A stretch of 64,000 nucleotides of DNA, taken from Macrostomum lignano (taxonomy: Eukaryota). The stretch spans positions 310,001 through 374,000 of the forward strand of contig NIVC01000006.1 in NCBI GenBank assembly GCA_002269645.1, written 5' to 3'. Below the pieces are notes generated by a model. That model did no database searches, was not told where the DNA came from, and saw nothing but the letters and a program-made list of their open reading frames with translations. Shown piece by piece: positions 1 to 11,445 of this stretch. Numbering within the stretch: the first letter of the stretch is position 1; every line of letters begins with the position of its first letter. A program made the position numbers and the translations under genes.

Positions 1-19
1 TGCAACTTAATTTTCATTT

Positions 20-130
20 TGTATATGACTTTTCTTGCCTTTTTCTTTTTTTCTTTTTCCTTTCTCCTTTCCCTTCTCTTTTTTCTCTTTCCTTTTTTCT
101 TTTTCTCTTCCTTTCTTTTTTTCCATCAAT
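20..130 (+). repeat. Pyrimidine-rich (T/C) low-complexity tract
   Basis: Almost pure T/C runs. The short ORFs 14-229 are translations of this tract. Confidence 0.8.
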
Positions 131-539
131 TTTTTCATTTTTTGGATTTTCAATTTTGCAATTTTGAAACTGCAAAATTGCCAGCAGCCATTTCACCTGT
201 CCACTTTAGATAGGTCAGATAGGTATTAGGCATGTGCATGTATGGTAATTAGGTTCTCTATCTAGTATCTGGCCACTAGGATAAAAATTTTGTAGAGCAA
301 AGGCCTACCTCTGCTCTATATACTAATATAGGCCTAGCCTCACATTATTATCTACACACTTACATAAAGTTATGTCGTAGGGCTCTGTCTCTCTATAAAA
401 TCTCAATTGCTAACACCAAAGTTGTACCAGGCCTTTTGACTCCCTATGAGAATCCCACTAAATGCCACCAAAAGCTGTCCTAGGGCTCTTATTTATTCTT
501 TTGTTTAGCCTTACTTGCTGCCACCAAGCTGTTGCAGGG

Positions 540-1202
540 GTTATTCCTTCTTGTTAATATTGCTGGTTATTACTTGCCCTTTACTCGTAGTGCATGTACT
601 TCTATTGGTAGCATCTGTATTTCTATTGGTAGCGTATGTACTTTTATTGGTAGCGTCTGTACTTCTATTGTACTTTCTGGCCTGAGCGGTCCTTTTAGGC
701 ACTGTCTATCCTATTCCTATATTCGTCTAAAGATATTATTCTCTCAGTCCTGGGCGTTCCCGGGATCAGAGGGTCACAGCGCACTTCGCTGGGTATTCTG
801 CCCTGAGGCAGGTTTCTCAGACTCTAGGCCTGGATTTCTCTACCCTGTGGTAGAAATTCTGCCTTCTAAAGGCGGGTTACTAGACTCCTAAGTCTAGTGT
901 TTCTCGTCCTCTGAGAACGGACTGAACTCCTAATCTTGGGGCAACTCTTATGTCATTATCCACTACTCGAAATAAGTAACACAAGTGCTCACAAGCCCAA
1001 GGCTGATTTAAAGCTTGATCAATGGTACAAGAAAGGTTCACAAGGTTCACCAGATGATGCGAGGTATATTTATTTCTGCTCCTAGCTGACTCCTATTTAT
1101 AGTAAAATTTTCTTAGTATTTAAAACAAAGTATAGAATATTTGGAATATTTTGTATATAAGAAATATTTTCAATATTCGCAGAGTTAAACAACAGTAATA
1201 CA
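540..1202 (-). mobile_element. Possible decayed LTR retrotransposon fragment (candidate LTR ~951-1202 plus a stop-riddled internal region with 21-bp repeats)
   Basis: On the minus strand, TGTATTAC...TATAAATAGG...AAATAAA...ATAATGACA has a TG..CA frame with a TATA box and poly(A)-like signal in order. It is followed by a degenerate frame with four 21-bp KYRRYQ* repeats. No recognisable PBS. Confidence 0.25.
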
Positions 1203-3854
1203 TTTTTTAAATTCAACTTTTCTAAGAACTTTCCATAAAAACTGGAGGCCTATTATAGTTAGTTACTCAAGAAATGATAGTATAGTCCTATAAGCATTTG
1301 TTTTACATGTTAAATAGAACCATTGTGCTATTTATATTGTCACCATAGCAATAAATAGGCCTAGCAATTGGCCAACTGAAAAATTAAATAATAGACAGCT
1401 TGTTCTCTAAAATAGAGTTTTTTCTAATGCATATAACTTTGGCAATTGTTTTTTACTCATTACTGACATGACACTAAACTGACAAAATATGATAGGTAAT
1501 TAGCCTATTATTCTACTAGATGATTTTTTTAAACCAAAAGTTTAATTTTATTGGTGCTGGCAAAATTATAACTGAATAAGCACTGTCATTACATTACAAT
1601 TCTTGATATGTTGTCGTGGTTGCATTTTCAACCTTATGCGTATGGCTTGACCGGGCTTGAGTTGAGAATTTAGTTTCAGTTTCAGATAATCAGATAAAAA
1701 GTAAACAGTAAAGTAATCATTCCGACATTTGTATCTGAGAAAATGTAAGTAGAAAAAAGAAAAAATTAAAAAAAAATAACTTACTTTAATATACTACTTG
1801 CTATATAGTATACTGGATAGGCCTTTTAGATTGAGCCTTTTCGAATTCAGGGAATGTTTGCCGTAAATCGAATTGGATGCCTAACGCTAACGTTAACGTC
1901 GACTATATAGCTTTGTAGAAAAAGGTAAATTTAAAAAAATTACATATTACGTACGATGTAGAATAACACTACGCATGTTATCAGAAAATATATGCATATA
2001 GTTGGAATTAACTAGTTCAACATAACATTAAATTTCTTATATCAAAGAGAGATAATTTAATTTTAACTGGGTTTGAGTGCAGACTAGACCTGTATTGTAA
2101 TGCATTTTTAATTTAATAAATAATTAAATTTCAAACCAAAATCTTTCTCGTTCGGTATAATGAATTATCCATTTTTCAATTGTTAAAAAAGACCTGACCT
2201 GAATAGTGATAGGCATGATAAGTTTCAATTATAGTGGTCATTTGTGATACTGATAGCAACACGGGATTGACATAATCGATACGACGATATGTATAATGTA
2301 ATGTATGATTTACTGTGGTCGTGGATAAATACCTACACTCAGACTCAGCTCAGTCAGTCCAGTACCAGTCATGTGCATTGTGTAGCAGTGTAGGCAGTAG
2401 GCATATATATTATGGTGCTCTTACTCTCATAATTAAAATCTGCTCTGCTCCCTCATTTATATTTCTAATCTGCCTCGGGACTCTGTTTATAAGCCCTAGG
2501 CCCTAATATAAGTGTTTTAGGCTAGGGCCTAGGCCTAGTATTAAATTATTAATATCAATGATCGATTAGGCCTATGCTATGTTCTCTTAAAATGGTTAAT
2601 TATATGCTTTTATTAGGCCTAGTAAGTAATATTTATTATATATAGGCCTAATTGGTAGCAAAAATATTTTATTATTCTTGCTTGGTTATATATATTGTAT
2701 ATAAATTTGCTAGTAGCATATATTATATTTAGCCTAATATAAATAATAAGTAGTATTAGGCCTATAGACAATAGGGTGCCAGTCATTTCCTCTGCTGACA
2801 GTTCATCTGCTAAGTAGACAAAAGTTTTCTATTTCTAAAACTGTTTATCTACCAAGAAAGAGGAGTGGGGTAGAGAGTTGCCTAACCCACAACCTCTTCA
2901 TTAACATTGTTAAACTGCTACAGGGATGGTTGGTCTCTTCAAAATGAATCTCTTCAAAATATGTCATCTATGCTGACTATTGAGGCGGAAGGCCTTTTTG
3001 TTTCAATAGATAGAATGGCAGCAAAGATTTTGCATTGCATTGCGCATATATTTATACAAGTGAAAACAGCGCGAGATTATTGAGGGGCCAAGGAAGGTGC
3101 ACACATGTGGCATGGCGTGATTGGCTACGCCAACCCCCCTTGGCTTAGCGAGCCGGCTAGCACGGTGCGCCACCATCCCACCTCAGCTAGACAGAGGTTG
3201 GCGGGGGGTTTCTAGTGCGGCTGCACTGGTGCTGCCAGTCGCGTAGTCTAGCCGCCACACTATGCATTATATATAGTGCCTACTAGAGATTTTGTCAATT
3301 TTTAAATGTATGCCCTAGATACGGCTATAATAGGGGCCTATAGAGCAAATTCAAGTTTACTAGGGAGAAAAGTTGTTTAGAGAGTGGGACAATGGTATGT
3401 GACAGCTATAGATGATTTGAAAGCAAGTAAAAATTGTTTTTTTTTCATATTAGGATCATTTATCTACAAAGTGTGTTGCGTGATTATTTTTTGAATTAAA
3501 TTTAGTTTGTTTTATTTGCAATATTTTGCTATAACAAATATACCTTGAATTATAAATTGAACAAGCTGTTGAAACCCTAGATTTTGAACCTAGACAATTC
3601 CAATCCCCAGAATTTTTTTGCATATATTCTGAAATCTGAGGCCATACTCAAACAAGACTTGTTAATAGGCCTAGTTATAGTAGGATAGAGATAAACATAA
3701 AATCGAGTACATTTGTGTAAAATTAGGATTTGAGCAAAACATTTGATTTTGTAAGCTGGGGTGCTACGCAGAATGTCAGGCAGTGTCTGTATTTTGGCAA
3801 ACTCTGGCCTCTGTCTCTGACTGACCCTATATCCCTTAGATCCTTTGAAACATA

Positions 3855-4170
3855 TCTTCTCTTCTTTTTCCTCTCTTCTCTCTTCTCTCTTGTCTTTCTT
3901 TTCTTCTCTCTTGTCTTTCATCTTTCCTTCTTCTTTCTCTCCCTCCCCCCCTCTCTCTCTCTTTCTCTTTCACTCTCACTCTCTCTCTCTCTTATCTCTC
4001 CTTTCTCATCTCTTTTCTCCTCTCTATTTCTCTCCCCTCTCTATTCTCCTCTTTCCTCTCCTTTATCCTCACTTACTTCTCTCTCCCTTTGTCTATCCTC
4101 TCTCCTCTCATCTCTAATCTTTTCTCCCTTATCTCTCCTCGATCTGTACTCTCTACTCTCCCTTCTCTTG
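3855..4170 (+). repeat. (CT)n-rich polypyrimidine tract
   Basis: Degenerate CT/CTT microsatellite. Confidence 0.85.
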
Positions 4171-4229
4171 TCTATTCACTTTAACAGACTTAGACAAGAT
4201 ACAGCTACAACTTGCCTACTAGCACTTTC

Positions 4230-4700
4230 CAATGTTTGCAATTGATGGGCTTGAAGAACCCCCGAGGTAGCCTGCTGAGCTAGCAGATCTGCCAAGGCAT
4301 AGAGATTTAGGTTGCCATTTCTTGCTCTCCTGTTGAGGGCCATGTGCTATCCTTTGATGATTGTTAGTATGCTCTCTCTTGCAGTAGACTAAAAGCTCTT
4401 CGTGACTCCATATGCTACTAGAGAGCCACATTGTGTCTACGTAGCAGCAGAGTGCTACCAGTGCTTCAAATCAGTTTGCCTCTTTAGCGAGAGTGCTAAA
4501 TGCCACGTAGATATGTTTGGCAAGAAGGTGGATTAGCATTATCAACTTTCGGCAAAAGAGTCTTCTGCCTCTGTCTGCTGCTCAAGTATATATTGCAAAA
4601 CTTCTATGTAATCATACTTTGATTTTCCCGACATTAGTGCAAAGAACAGAGGCACTTGTTTTTGCTTTCTATCCTTCTGAAGAAGTCCATGAACTGAAAC
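4230..4700 (-). pseudogene. Decayed Mutator/MULE transposase C-terminal fragment
   Basis: Minus-strand frames read QVPLFFALMSGKSKYDYIEVLQYI, then after a frameshift FCRKLIMLIHLLAKHIYVAFSTL..YVDTMWLSS..VYCKREHTNNH. These match MULE motifs (PLvfALMsgK..DY; RklmaLpfLP..I..F..L; Y..tW; RTNN). Stops and frameshifts are present. Confidence 0.6.
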
Positions 4701-4771
4701 GAGAAAAATAGCTAGATGATAAATAATTACCACATTTTGTGAGTGAATGGGGGTGATAGTAAATTAACCTG

Positions 4772-6066
4772 ATTGAGTGGTTGACTGGGTGAAAGTGAAT
4801 TAAGTGGGTGAGTGGCTGGCTGAAAGTGAATTAAGTGGGTGAGTGACTGGGTGAAAGTAAATTAAGTGGGTAAACAACAACAACAACAAAATACGCTGTC
4901 ATGATGGTAAAAGTCAGCGTCACAGGGCGCGCTTCATGGCTTGGGCGCGAACAAAGGCCGCGCCACCGGCAGTGTCCGGGGCGCCGGCGTCAGCCAGCAG
5001 ACAGTCGACATAACGCCGAGTTCGCGCTTGACCTCGCCGGTAGGGTGCCTGCAGCGTGAGCAGCAGCACCTCCTGCACCGGCTGTGGGCAGTACGACTCG
5101 GCGCGGATGAGATGGCCTGCGAGCTGGAGTCGCCGACGGCGCAGTAGATCACTTGGACGTGGCAGGCCAGCGCGGCGATAGAGTGCCGCGTTGGTGACTC
5201 GCTCGACGCCGATGTTGAAGGCGGCGCGCAGCAGACCAGCGTGCGCCGCATCGACTTGCTGTTCGAGTGAGTCCGTCAGCGTCCAGGTCTCGGCGTTGTA
5301 CAGCAGGACGGTCTCGATTACCGCCTGGAACAGCGCCGCCCTCTGGCGGTCCGGTAGGGCCTCGGACTGCAGGACTGCCCTCACAGAACGAAAGGCAGCC
5401 CAGGCAAGCCCGCGGCGGCGTCGCAGGTCCTCGCGAGCGTCTGGAACCAGACCGCCGAGGTAGACGAACTGCTGACATCGCGGGAGTTCGGTCGCCTGCC
5501 CGTCAGCGCCTCGGCAAAAAAAAAAAAAAAAGTGGGTAAGTGGCTGGGTGAAAGTGAATTAAGTGGGTGAGTTGCTGGGTGAAAGTGAATTAAGTGGGTG
5601 AGTGGCTAGGTGAAAGTGAATTAAGTGGGTGAGTGGTTGGGTGAAAGTGAATTAAGTGGGTGAGTGGCTAGGTGAAAGTGAATTAAGTGGGTAAGTGGCT
5701 GGGTGAAAGTGAATTAAGTGGGTGAGTTGCTGGGTGAAAGTGAATTAAGTGGGTGAGTGGCTAGGTGAAAGTTAATTTAGTGGGTGAGTGGTTGGGTGAA
5801 AGGGAATTAAGTGGGTGAGTGCTAGGTGAAAGTGAATTAAGTGGGTGAGTGGTTGGGTGAAAGTGAATTAAGTAGGTGAGTGGCTAGGTGAAAGTGAATT
5901 AAGTGGGTGAGTGGCTGGGTAAAAGTGAATTAAGTGGGTGAATGGCTAGGTGAAAGTGAATTAAGTGGGTGAGTGACTGGGTGAAAGTAAATTAAGTGGG
6001 TGAGTGGCTGGGTGAAAGTGAATTAAGTGGGTGAGTGGCTGGGTGAAAGTTAATTAAGTGGGTGAG
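4772..6066 (+). repeat. 31-bp minisatellite (GTGAAAGTGAATTAAGTGGGTGAGTGGCTGG)n, interrupted by a LINE
   Basis: About 3 units at 4772-4873 and about 17 units at 5530-6066. Confidence 0.95.
4874..5529 (-). mobile_element. 5'-truncated RTE-like non-LTR retrotransposon, 3' end with (TTG)n tail
   Basis: ORF 5384-4920 (ETVLLYNAETWTLT..RRRRLQLAGHLIR) is homologous to the C-terminus of the RT element at 36.7-39 kb. It has a (TTG)n tail and a 10-bp TSD, AAGTGGGTAA, at 4864-4873 and 5530-5539. Confidence 0.9.
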
Positions 6067-8581
6067 TATGATCAATGTGTGGATGATGTATAGAGTGTGG
6101 ATGATAATGTGATCAATTTTACTTTGCTTACCTTTTCCTATTTATAGCGGGAGCAAATTAATCCAGTTAAATAAAGCATTGTCTTCTAGAATCTAACAAT
6201 ACTCCTTTTGGCTTATGCCTGAACCACATATTCGGTGCTGCCATTGACTGCAATCATCACATTGCAAAGCTTGCTGTTGAGAAAGCTCACACACTTTCTA
6301 CAAATGACACATGTCTTGCATCCAACAAATTTTGAATGAGAATAACTATTTGCCAATATTTTTATCTTTATCAAATTTTTAACAATTTCTGTTCCACTGG
6401 TTTTAGTTAAGCTTTCTTATTTTAGGTGTATATTGTAAAAGTTTGTTAAAATGATGAAAGACCCATATACATGCAGATGCAGTGCTTTATAACTATGTTA
6501 ATGGACAGAGTTGTCCAGACAGAGGCAGCTCATTAGTCCCCCAGCTTCCTAGTCCCCATCCCACTCCTCATCCCCACCCCATTTCCTAGCAGACAAACAG
6601 TTTTAGAAGGAAAAGGGCATTTTGTCTACTTAGCAGATGAACTGTTGGCAGACAAATGAACTAGAAACCTAGACAATAGATAGGCCTATTGTTTCATCTT
6701 ATTCTTAGACTATATCTATCTAAGCATTTTGGTTACTTTTATAAAGAATTTCTCTATATTTAGCCTAGGCACTAACTAAAATAAGATCAAAGAGAAAATT
6801 ATGGCTCTTAGGCATTATAGGACCCCTATACTGCTCAAAGTGATTCTGCTTAGACTATTTTTAGATGTTTCTCATTCTATAAACAATTATCAATTCTCCT
6901 AGATCTAGTGCTTAGGCTGAGGGTTTTTTATATTTTAGGCCTATCAAAATTAACCATGTCTTAAAATTCTACTTGGAACAATAGTTTTCTTACTAAACTA
7001 TGGTTTAAAGATCTTGCAAAGACCAAGCTTTTCAAGTTCCTAAAAGAATATAAAAAGAGCATTGTGGCAGTCTTTTATTTTTGCATTTTATATTTATTTT
7101 CTTTAATTTTTATAGTTTTTATTAAATGATAAATACTAAAAATAATAGATTCATAGAATGATTAATAATTTTCAATAGATAGATTGTCAATTGTCAACTA
7201 GTGAAACTATTAATCAAGTAGTAGTCTTACACATAGATCTTAAGCAACAATAATCAATAATTATAGTTGTAAATACCAATAAGCTAGTCATGGTTTTGGT
7301 AATATACTGCAATATGGTATTAGGCACCATTACTAAAAATCTTAACTTCTATTAATGTCAAAAGCATTAACATTAAAACAAAAAATGTTAGCTTATCAAA
7401 TCTTAGTTTCATTAAGTTAACTGAAAGTTAACTAATAATTATTAATAAATAATAGTCTATTATAGTTAACATAGAAAATATAGAAATCTTGCACTTTTTA
7501 TAAAACAGATTTTGTAATGCACCATGTATTTGCTTTTTTATATACTTTAGCAAAACACAAAAAGTCATTCAAGCAATTTACAAGCTAAAAAATACTAATT
7601 GTAAAAACTTGTATGCATCTAAATAGGCCTATACTAAATAATACTACTAAAAGTAAGCATACAATAAAGAAGTACCTTATTTATTTTAAACTTGAAAGCT
7701 ACTTAGTTAATAATAAGATTTAAATAGGAAGGTTGTTTTAGTACAATAGCATTAGCAGGTGAAGCAGAAAGTTACAAAAAATTAGGAAAGAAGTGAATCA
7801 AAGCAATCAATGGATGCTCACAATTGAGCAGTGTGAGCAATAAACTTCACAATTTTAATTATTTATTAAAGTTTATTAATAAAAAGTTGTTGCATTTGCA
7901 TGATCATCATCATAAACAAGGAGATTAATCAGGCACTTAGGTAAATTCAGATACATTCATAATGTTGTAACTTCTTGTTAGACATCTTTTTCTTTGTCTT
8001 TGGTCATTGACATTGTCATTAATGTTAACAATAAATTTGTTCTTAACTTACAAAATTATTAATACAATTTTGTTAATCTATTAGTGTAAAAAATCTTAAT
8101 GGTAGTCTGTTAATTCTAATAAAAATCTTAACACTTATTAAGGCTTATTAAAGGATTAACACTTATTAATAGACTGGTGCCCAACACTGCTGCAACAATT
8201 AAGTTGCATGACTGCTTGAGTTATGAGTCTGCTGTATCTGTCTATCTTCTACTCAACTAATAGTTAGACTCTGTGCTATAGATAAATCAATTAGCTACAT
8301 CATTGTACTCATATTTGAACTGCAAATTTAAAAGAAATCTTTAATTGTGCAAAAGTAAACAATCAAAAATTTGCACCCAGGATACCAGATGACATTGTGA
8401 TTCTGATTGCTTTTTAACCCAGTTACAAACCTATTGATTAAAAGTACATCAGCTCATTGAAATCTTGCATTGTCTGTAAGATAAGTATTGATATACTTGT
8501 TTACACTATATTAATGCTAAACATTTCTGAGAATATTAAAATCTGCTGAGTATCATTAATCAAGCTGCAATAATATTGGCA

Positions 8582-9181
8582 ATGTTACACCACTTGCTGT
8601 TTTCACTCTTGGCTGGCGCTGCTCTGATGCAGCTGGTGCTGGCGAATCCACTTGACTCGGCAAGCCTACCTGCTGGCTGTCCACCAGCTGGATCGCAGCC
8701 CACCATTATGCCTGGCACACTGCCAAACAGCACCGCCTATCTTGACTATGTCCTAGCCGAGACAGGTCAACGAGTGCAGTTTTATTACAATCAAAGTCTC
8801 GGCTTGGCCGCTCAGCTAGTTAGAAATTCAGCTAGCGAAACTGCCGGCCCTAATGAATACCAGCTTTATGACCATGCTCACGGTCAAGATGTGAGCCATA
8901 TGCTCAACTGGCCAACTGGCCGGTGCAATGTCAGCAATGCTACTGGCCTGAGTGACTCGCTGGCCGAAATTCGCAATACTGTCTTTTTGAATAGTAGCGC
9001 CTCCCCCTGTCTGCTGCTGCTGCTGGCTCCTGAACTGGCCGATGCTCATAACCACAGCGGCAAAGGTGGGCAGCCGCTGAGCACTCTGGCCTGGGAGAAC
9101 AACACCGCCTGTTTCAATGGGACCAAAGCGCATGATGGCCAAGTCTGGCGAGTCAAAATTCAGCTTTTCGGAGATGCTAAG
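8582..9181 (+). CDS. Exon 1 of a 632-aa type I membrane glycoprotein (signal peptide, many N-glycosylation sequons)
   Basis: ATG at 8582 followed by the hydrophobic signal peptide MLHHLLFSLLAGAALMQLVLA. Donor AAG|GTGAAG at 9182, phase 0. Confidence 0.8.
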
Positions 9182-9219
9182 GTGAAGCTTTTGTGTTATA
9201 TGATCATTTTGCTTGGTGT

Positions 9220-9690
9220 TTAAAAAAGGGCCGTTTTACCACCATTAAATAGGTGTTCTAAAAAGGGCCGTTTTATATCTACTGAATGTTTTTTAAAAAG
9301 GCGGTTTAACCCCCATCGAATATATGTTTTCAAAAAGGCCGTTTTATTCGTTATTAAATAAATGTTCTAAAAGTGCCGTTTGACCCATATTTTATAGGTA
9401 TTCTGAAACGGGCCGTTTTACAGATACTAAGTGAAGCTTTTGCGTTATATAATCATTTTGCTTGGTGTTTAAAAAAGGGCCGTTTTACCACCATTAAATA
9501 GGTTTTCTAAAAAACCGTTTTACATCTACTGAATATTTTTTTGAATAGGTGTTCTCAAAAGGGCCGTTTTGCTCTTATCAAATAGGAGTTCTAAAAAGAC
9601 GTTTTTACCGTATTGACTAGTAGGTGTTCTAAAAAGGGCCGTTTTGGCCTATCAAATAGGTGCTCTGAAAAAGGACCGTTTAAATCGCTA
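9220..9690 (+). repeat. Degenerate ~35-bp intronic repeat (AAAAGGGCCGTTTT...) with a ~250-bp higher-order duplication
   Basis: Recurring aaaagggccgtttta / ataggtgttct motifs. The sequence from 9174 is recopied from ~9423. Confidence 0.8.
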
Positions 9691-9752
9691 ACAGTTTCAG
9701 GTGTTTAAATTTCCAAGAGTGACCTAGGTGTTTTTTTGCACTCACCCCACAG

Positions 9753-10271
9753 GCCGATGTGTCGAGCGTTACCTTCGAACTGCTCTCGCCACCAACAAAG
9801 GAGAATGCCACGTCGTGGACTGTGTCGGAGCGTCGCACCTATCGATTCTTGGCCAGCCAGCGTGGCGCGTCTCCGCCAGGCGCGATTTCAGCTCTGGCCA
9901 ACCCGCCATCGTTTGTAGCCTGCGGCGCCGCCCGCGAACGGGACAGCCGGCCACCAGCTGTGCCAAATTCCATGCTTAAGAATCTTCGCCTAGCAACCAC
10001 CGATAAAAGTTCTGCTTTAGTTGTCGAGGATTCCGCCGCCAGCGCACTCGAATTGGCGCCTCAGATTGGCGCCAGGCTGCGCCAATTCTATGGCCCGAAC
10101 CGCTTGAGACTGGTTGCCGACCGAGCTCTGGCTGGGGTTGAATTTGTGCAAGATTTGGAGGCCGGAAATTGCAGTTTGGATTGGGTGGACAAGTCCGCAC
10201 TTGGGGGGCCGCTGCCATTCAATTTGAGCGCTGACGGCTGGCTGTGGACTGGGGAAAGCGCCGAGTTTCAG
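9753..10271 (+). CDS. Exon 2 of the type I membrane glycoprotein
   Basis: Acceptor tttttttgcactcaccccacAG| at 9752, in frame (ADVSSVTF...). Donor CAG|GTGATT at 10272, phase 0. Confidence 0.8.
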
Positions 10272-10288
10272 GTGATTTTGTTATTAAT

Positions 10289-10509
10289 GTGCGCACGGCT
10301 GTTCAGTCCAAGGACTGGGGAGGAGGGTCGCCACACACACCCTCAAATACCCCAGCTAATGCTGGCACCCATTTTACAGCTGGGTTAACTGAAGCAATGC
10401 AGAGTGTCTTCTTAAGTGTCTTGCTCAAGGACACAAATTGTTCCGAGTGGGTCGAGAATCGAACCCCCGACCTTCCAGTCGTGAGTCCGACCCTCTAACC
10501 ACTCGGCTA
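10289..10509 (-). mobile_element. tRNA-derived SINE with a CORE-like body
   Basis: The minus-strand head TAGCCGAGTGG..GGTTCGATTCT has pol III A and B boxes. The body GTGTCCTTGAGCAAGACACTTAA..CTGTAAAATGGG resembles the CORE-SINE domain. A second copy lies at 17733. Confidence 0.85.
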
Positions 10510-10669
10510 GAACCCGTTCTAACCTAACCTAAGGTATTAGATTAAATAAATTTAATATTTCAACTGCTACTATTGCAAACTTTTTCTCTGTGTATGTTCA
10601 ACTATTCAATTTGTCTTTGTTTATTCATCCGAAATTGAAAAAGTTCTAACAAATAAATCATTTTAACAG

Positions 10670-10954
10670 GGTCGCCAATGCTGCCGCCGTTACCTGCGAT
10701 TGGCTGCGAATTCCCTAATAGACTACGAAGTGTACTTTTGCGGAGGCACAAACTTTACCAATCTAGTAGGCTACAGTCGGCGGCGTCGTCATGTCAGCAA
10801 CCACTCGGCGGTTGAAGTGGCCAACTATCTGGTGACAGAGATTGATAGCGCCACCGAGCGGCCCATTGAATACGACTTGACCGCCTGCGCTTTGCTGCCT
10901 GGCGGAGGCGGCGCCAAACGGCTGTTGATGCGGGTTTTGGCCGCCTATCATGTG
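10670..10954 (+). CDS. Exon 3 of the type I membrane glycoprotein
   Basis: Acceptor ttttaacAG| at 10669, in frame (GRQCCRRYLRLAANSLIDYEV). Donor GTG|GTGTGT at 10955, phase 0. Confidence 0.75.
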
Positions 10955-11420
10955 GTGTGTGTCACTTCCGGTTTATGAGGCTTAAATAGTGTGTCACTTC
11001 CGGTTTATGAGGCTGCATTAGTGTGTCACCCGGTTTATGAGGCTGCATTAGTGTGTCACCCGGTTTATGAGTCTATTATTTTGTGACTTCCGGTTTATGA
11101 GGCTTAATTAGTGTCACTTCCGGTTTATGAGTCTTTATTAGTGTCACTTCCGGTTTATCAGTCTATTATTTTGTCACTTCCGGTTTTTGAGGTTTAATTA
11201 GTGTCACTTCCGATTTATGAGTCTTTATTAGTGCCATTTCCGTTTTATGAGGCTGCATTAGTGTGTCACCCGGTTTATGAGGCTGCATGAAACTGTCACT
11301 TCCAGTTTATGAGTCTTTATTATTTTGTCACTTCCGGTTATGAGGCCTAATTAGTGTCACTTCCGGTTTGACTATTAGTGTTACTTCCAGTTCATAAGAC
11401 TAATTAGTGTCACTTCCGGT
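10955..11420 (+). repeat. ~30-bp intronic minisatellite (GTGTCACTTCCGGTTTATGAG core)
   Basis: About 15 units fill intron 3, starting at the donor. Confidence 0.9.
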
Positions 11421-11445
11421 AAAACTGTCTTTCCTCTCACTGCAG

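Noticed and set aside
3728-3765. DLSKTFDFVSW, resembling the RT motif DLSKAFD
   Set aside because: It is an isolated motif, and flanking RT motifs cannot be recovered in order.
10440-10509. tRNA-like sequence on the minus strand
   Set aside because: It is the head of a SINE (A/B boxes continue into a CORE-like body), not a complete cloverleaf tRNA gene.
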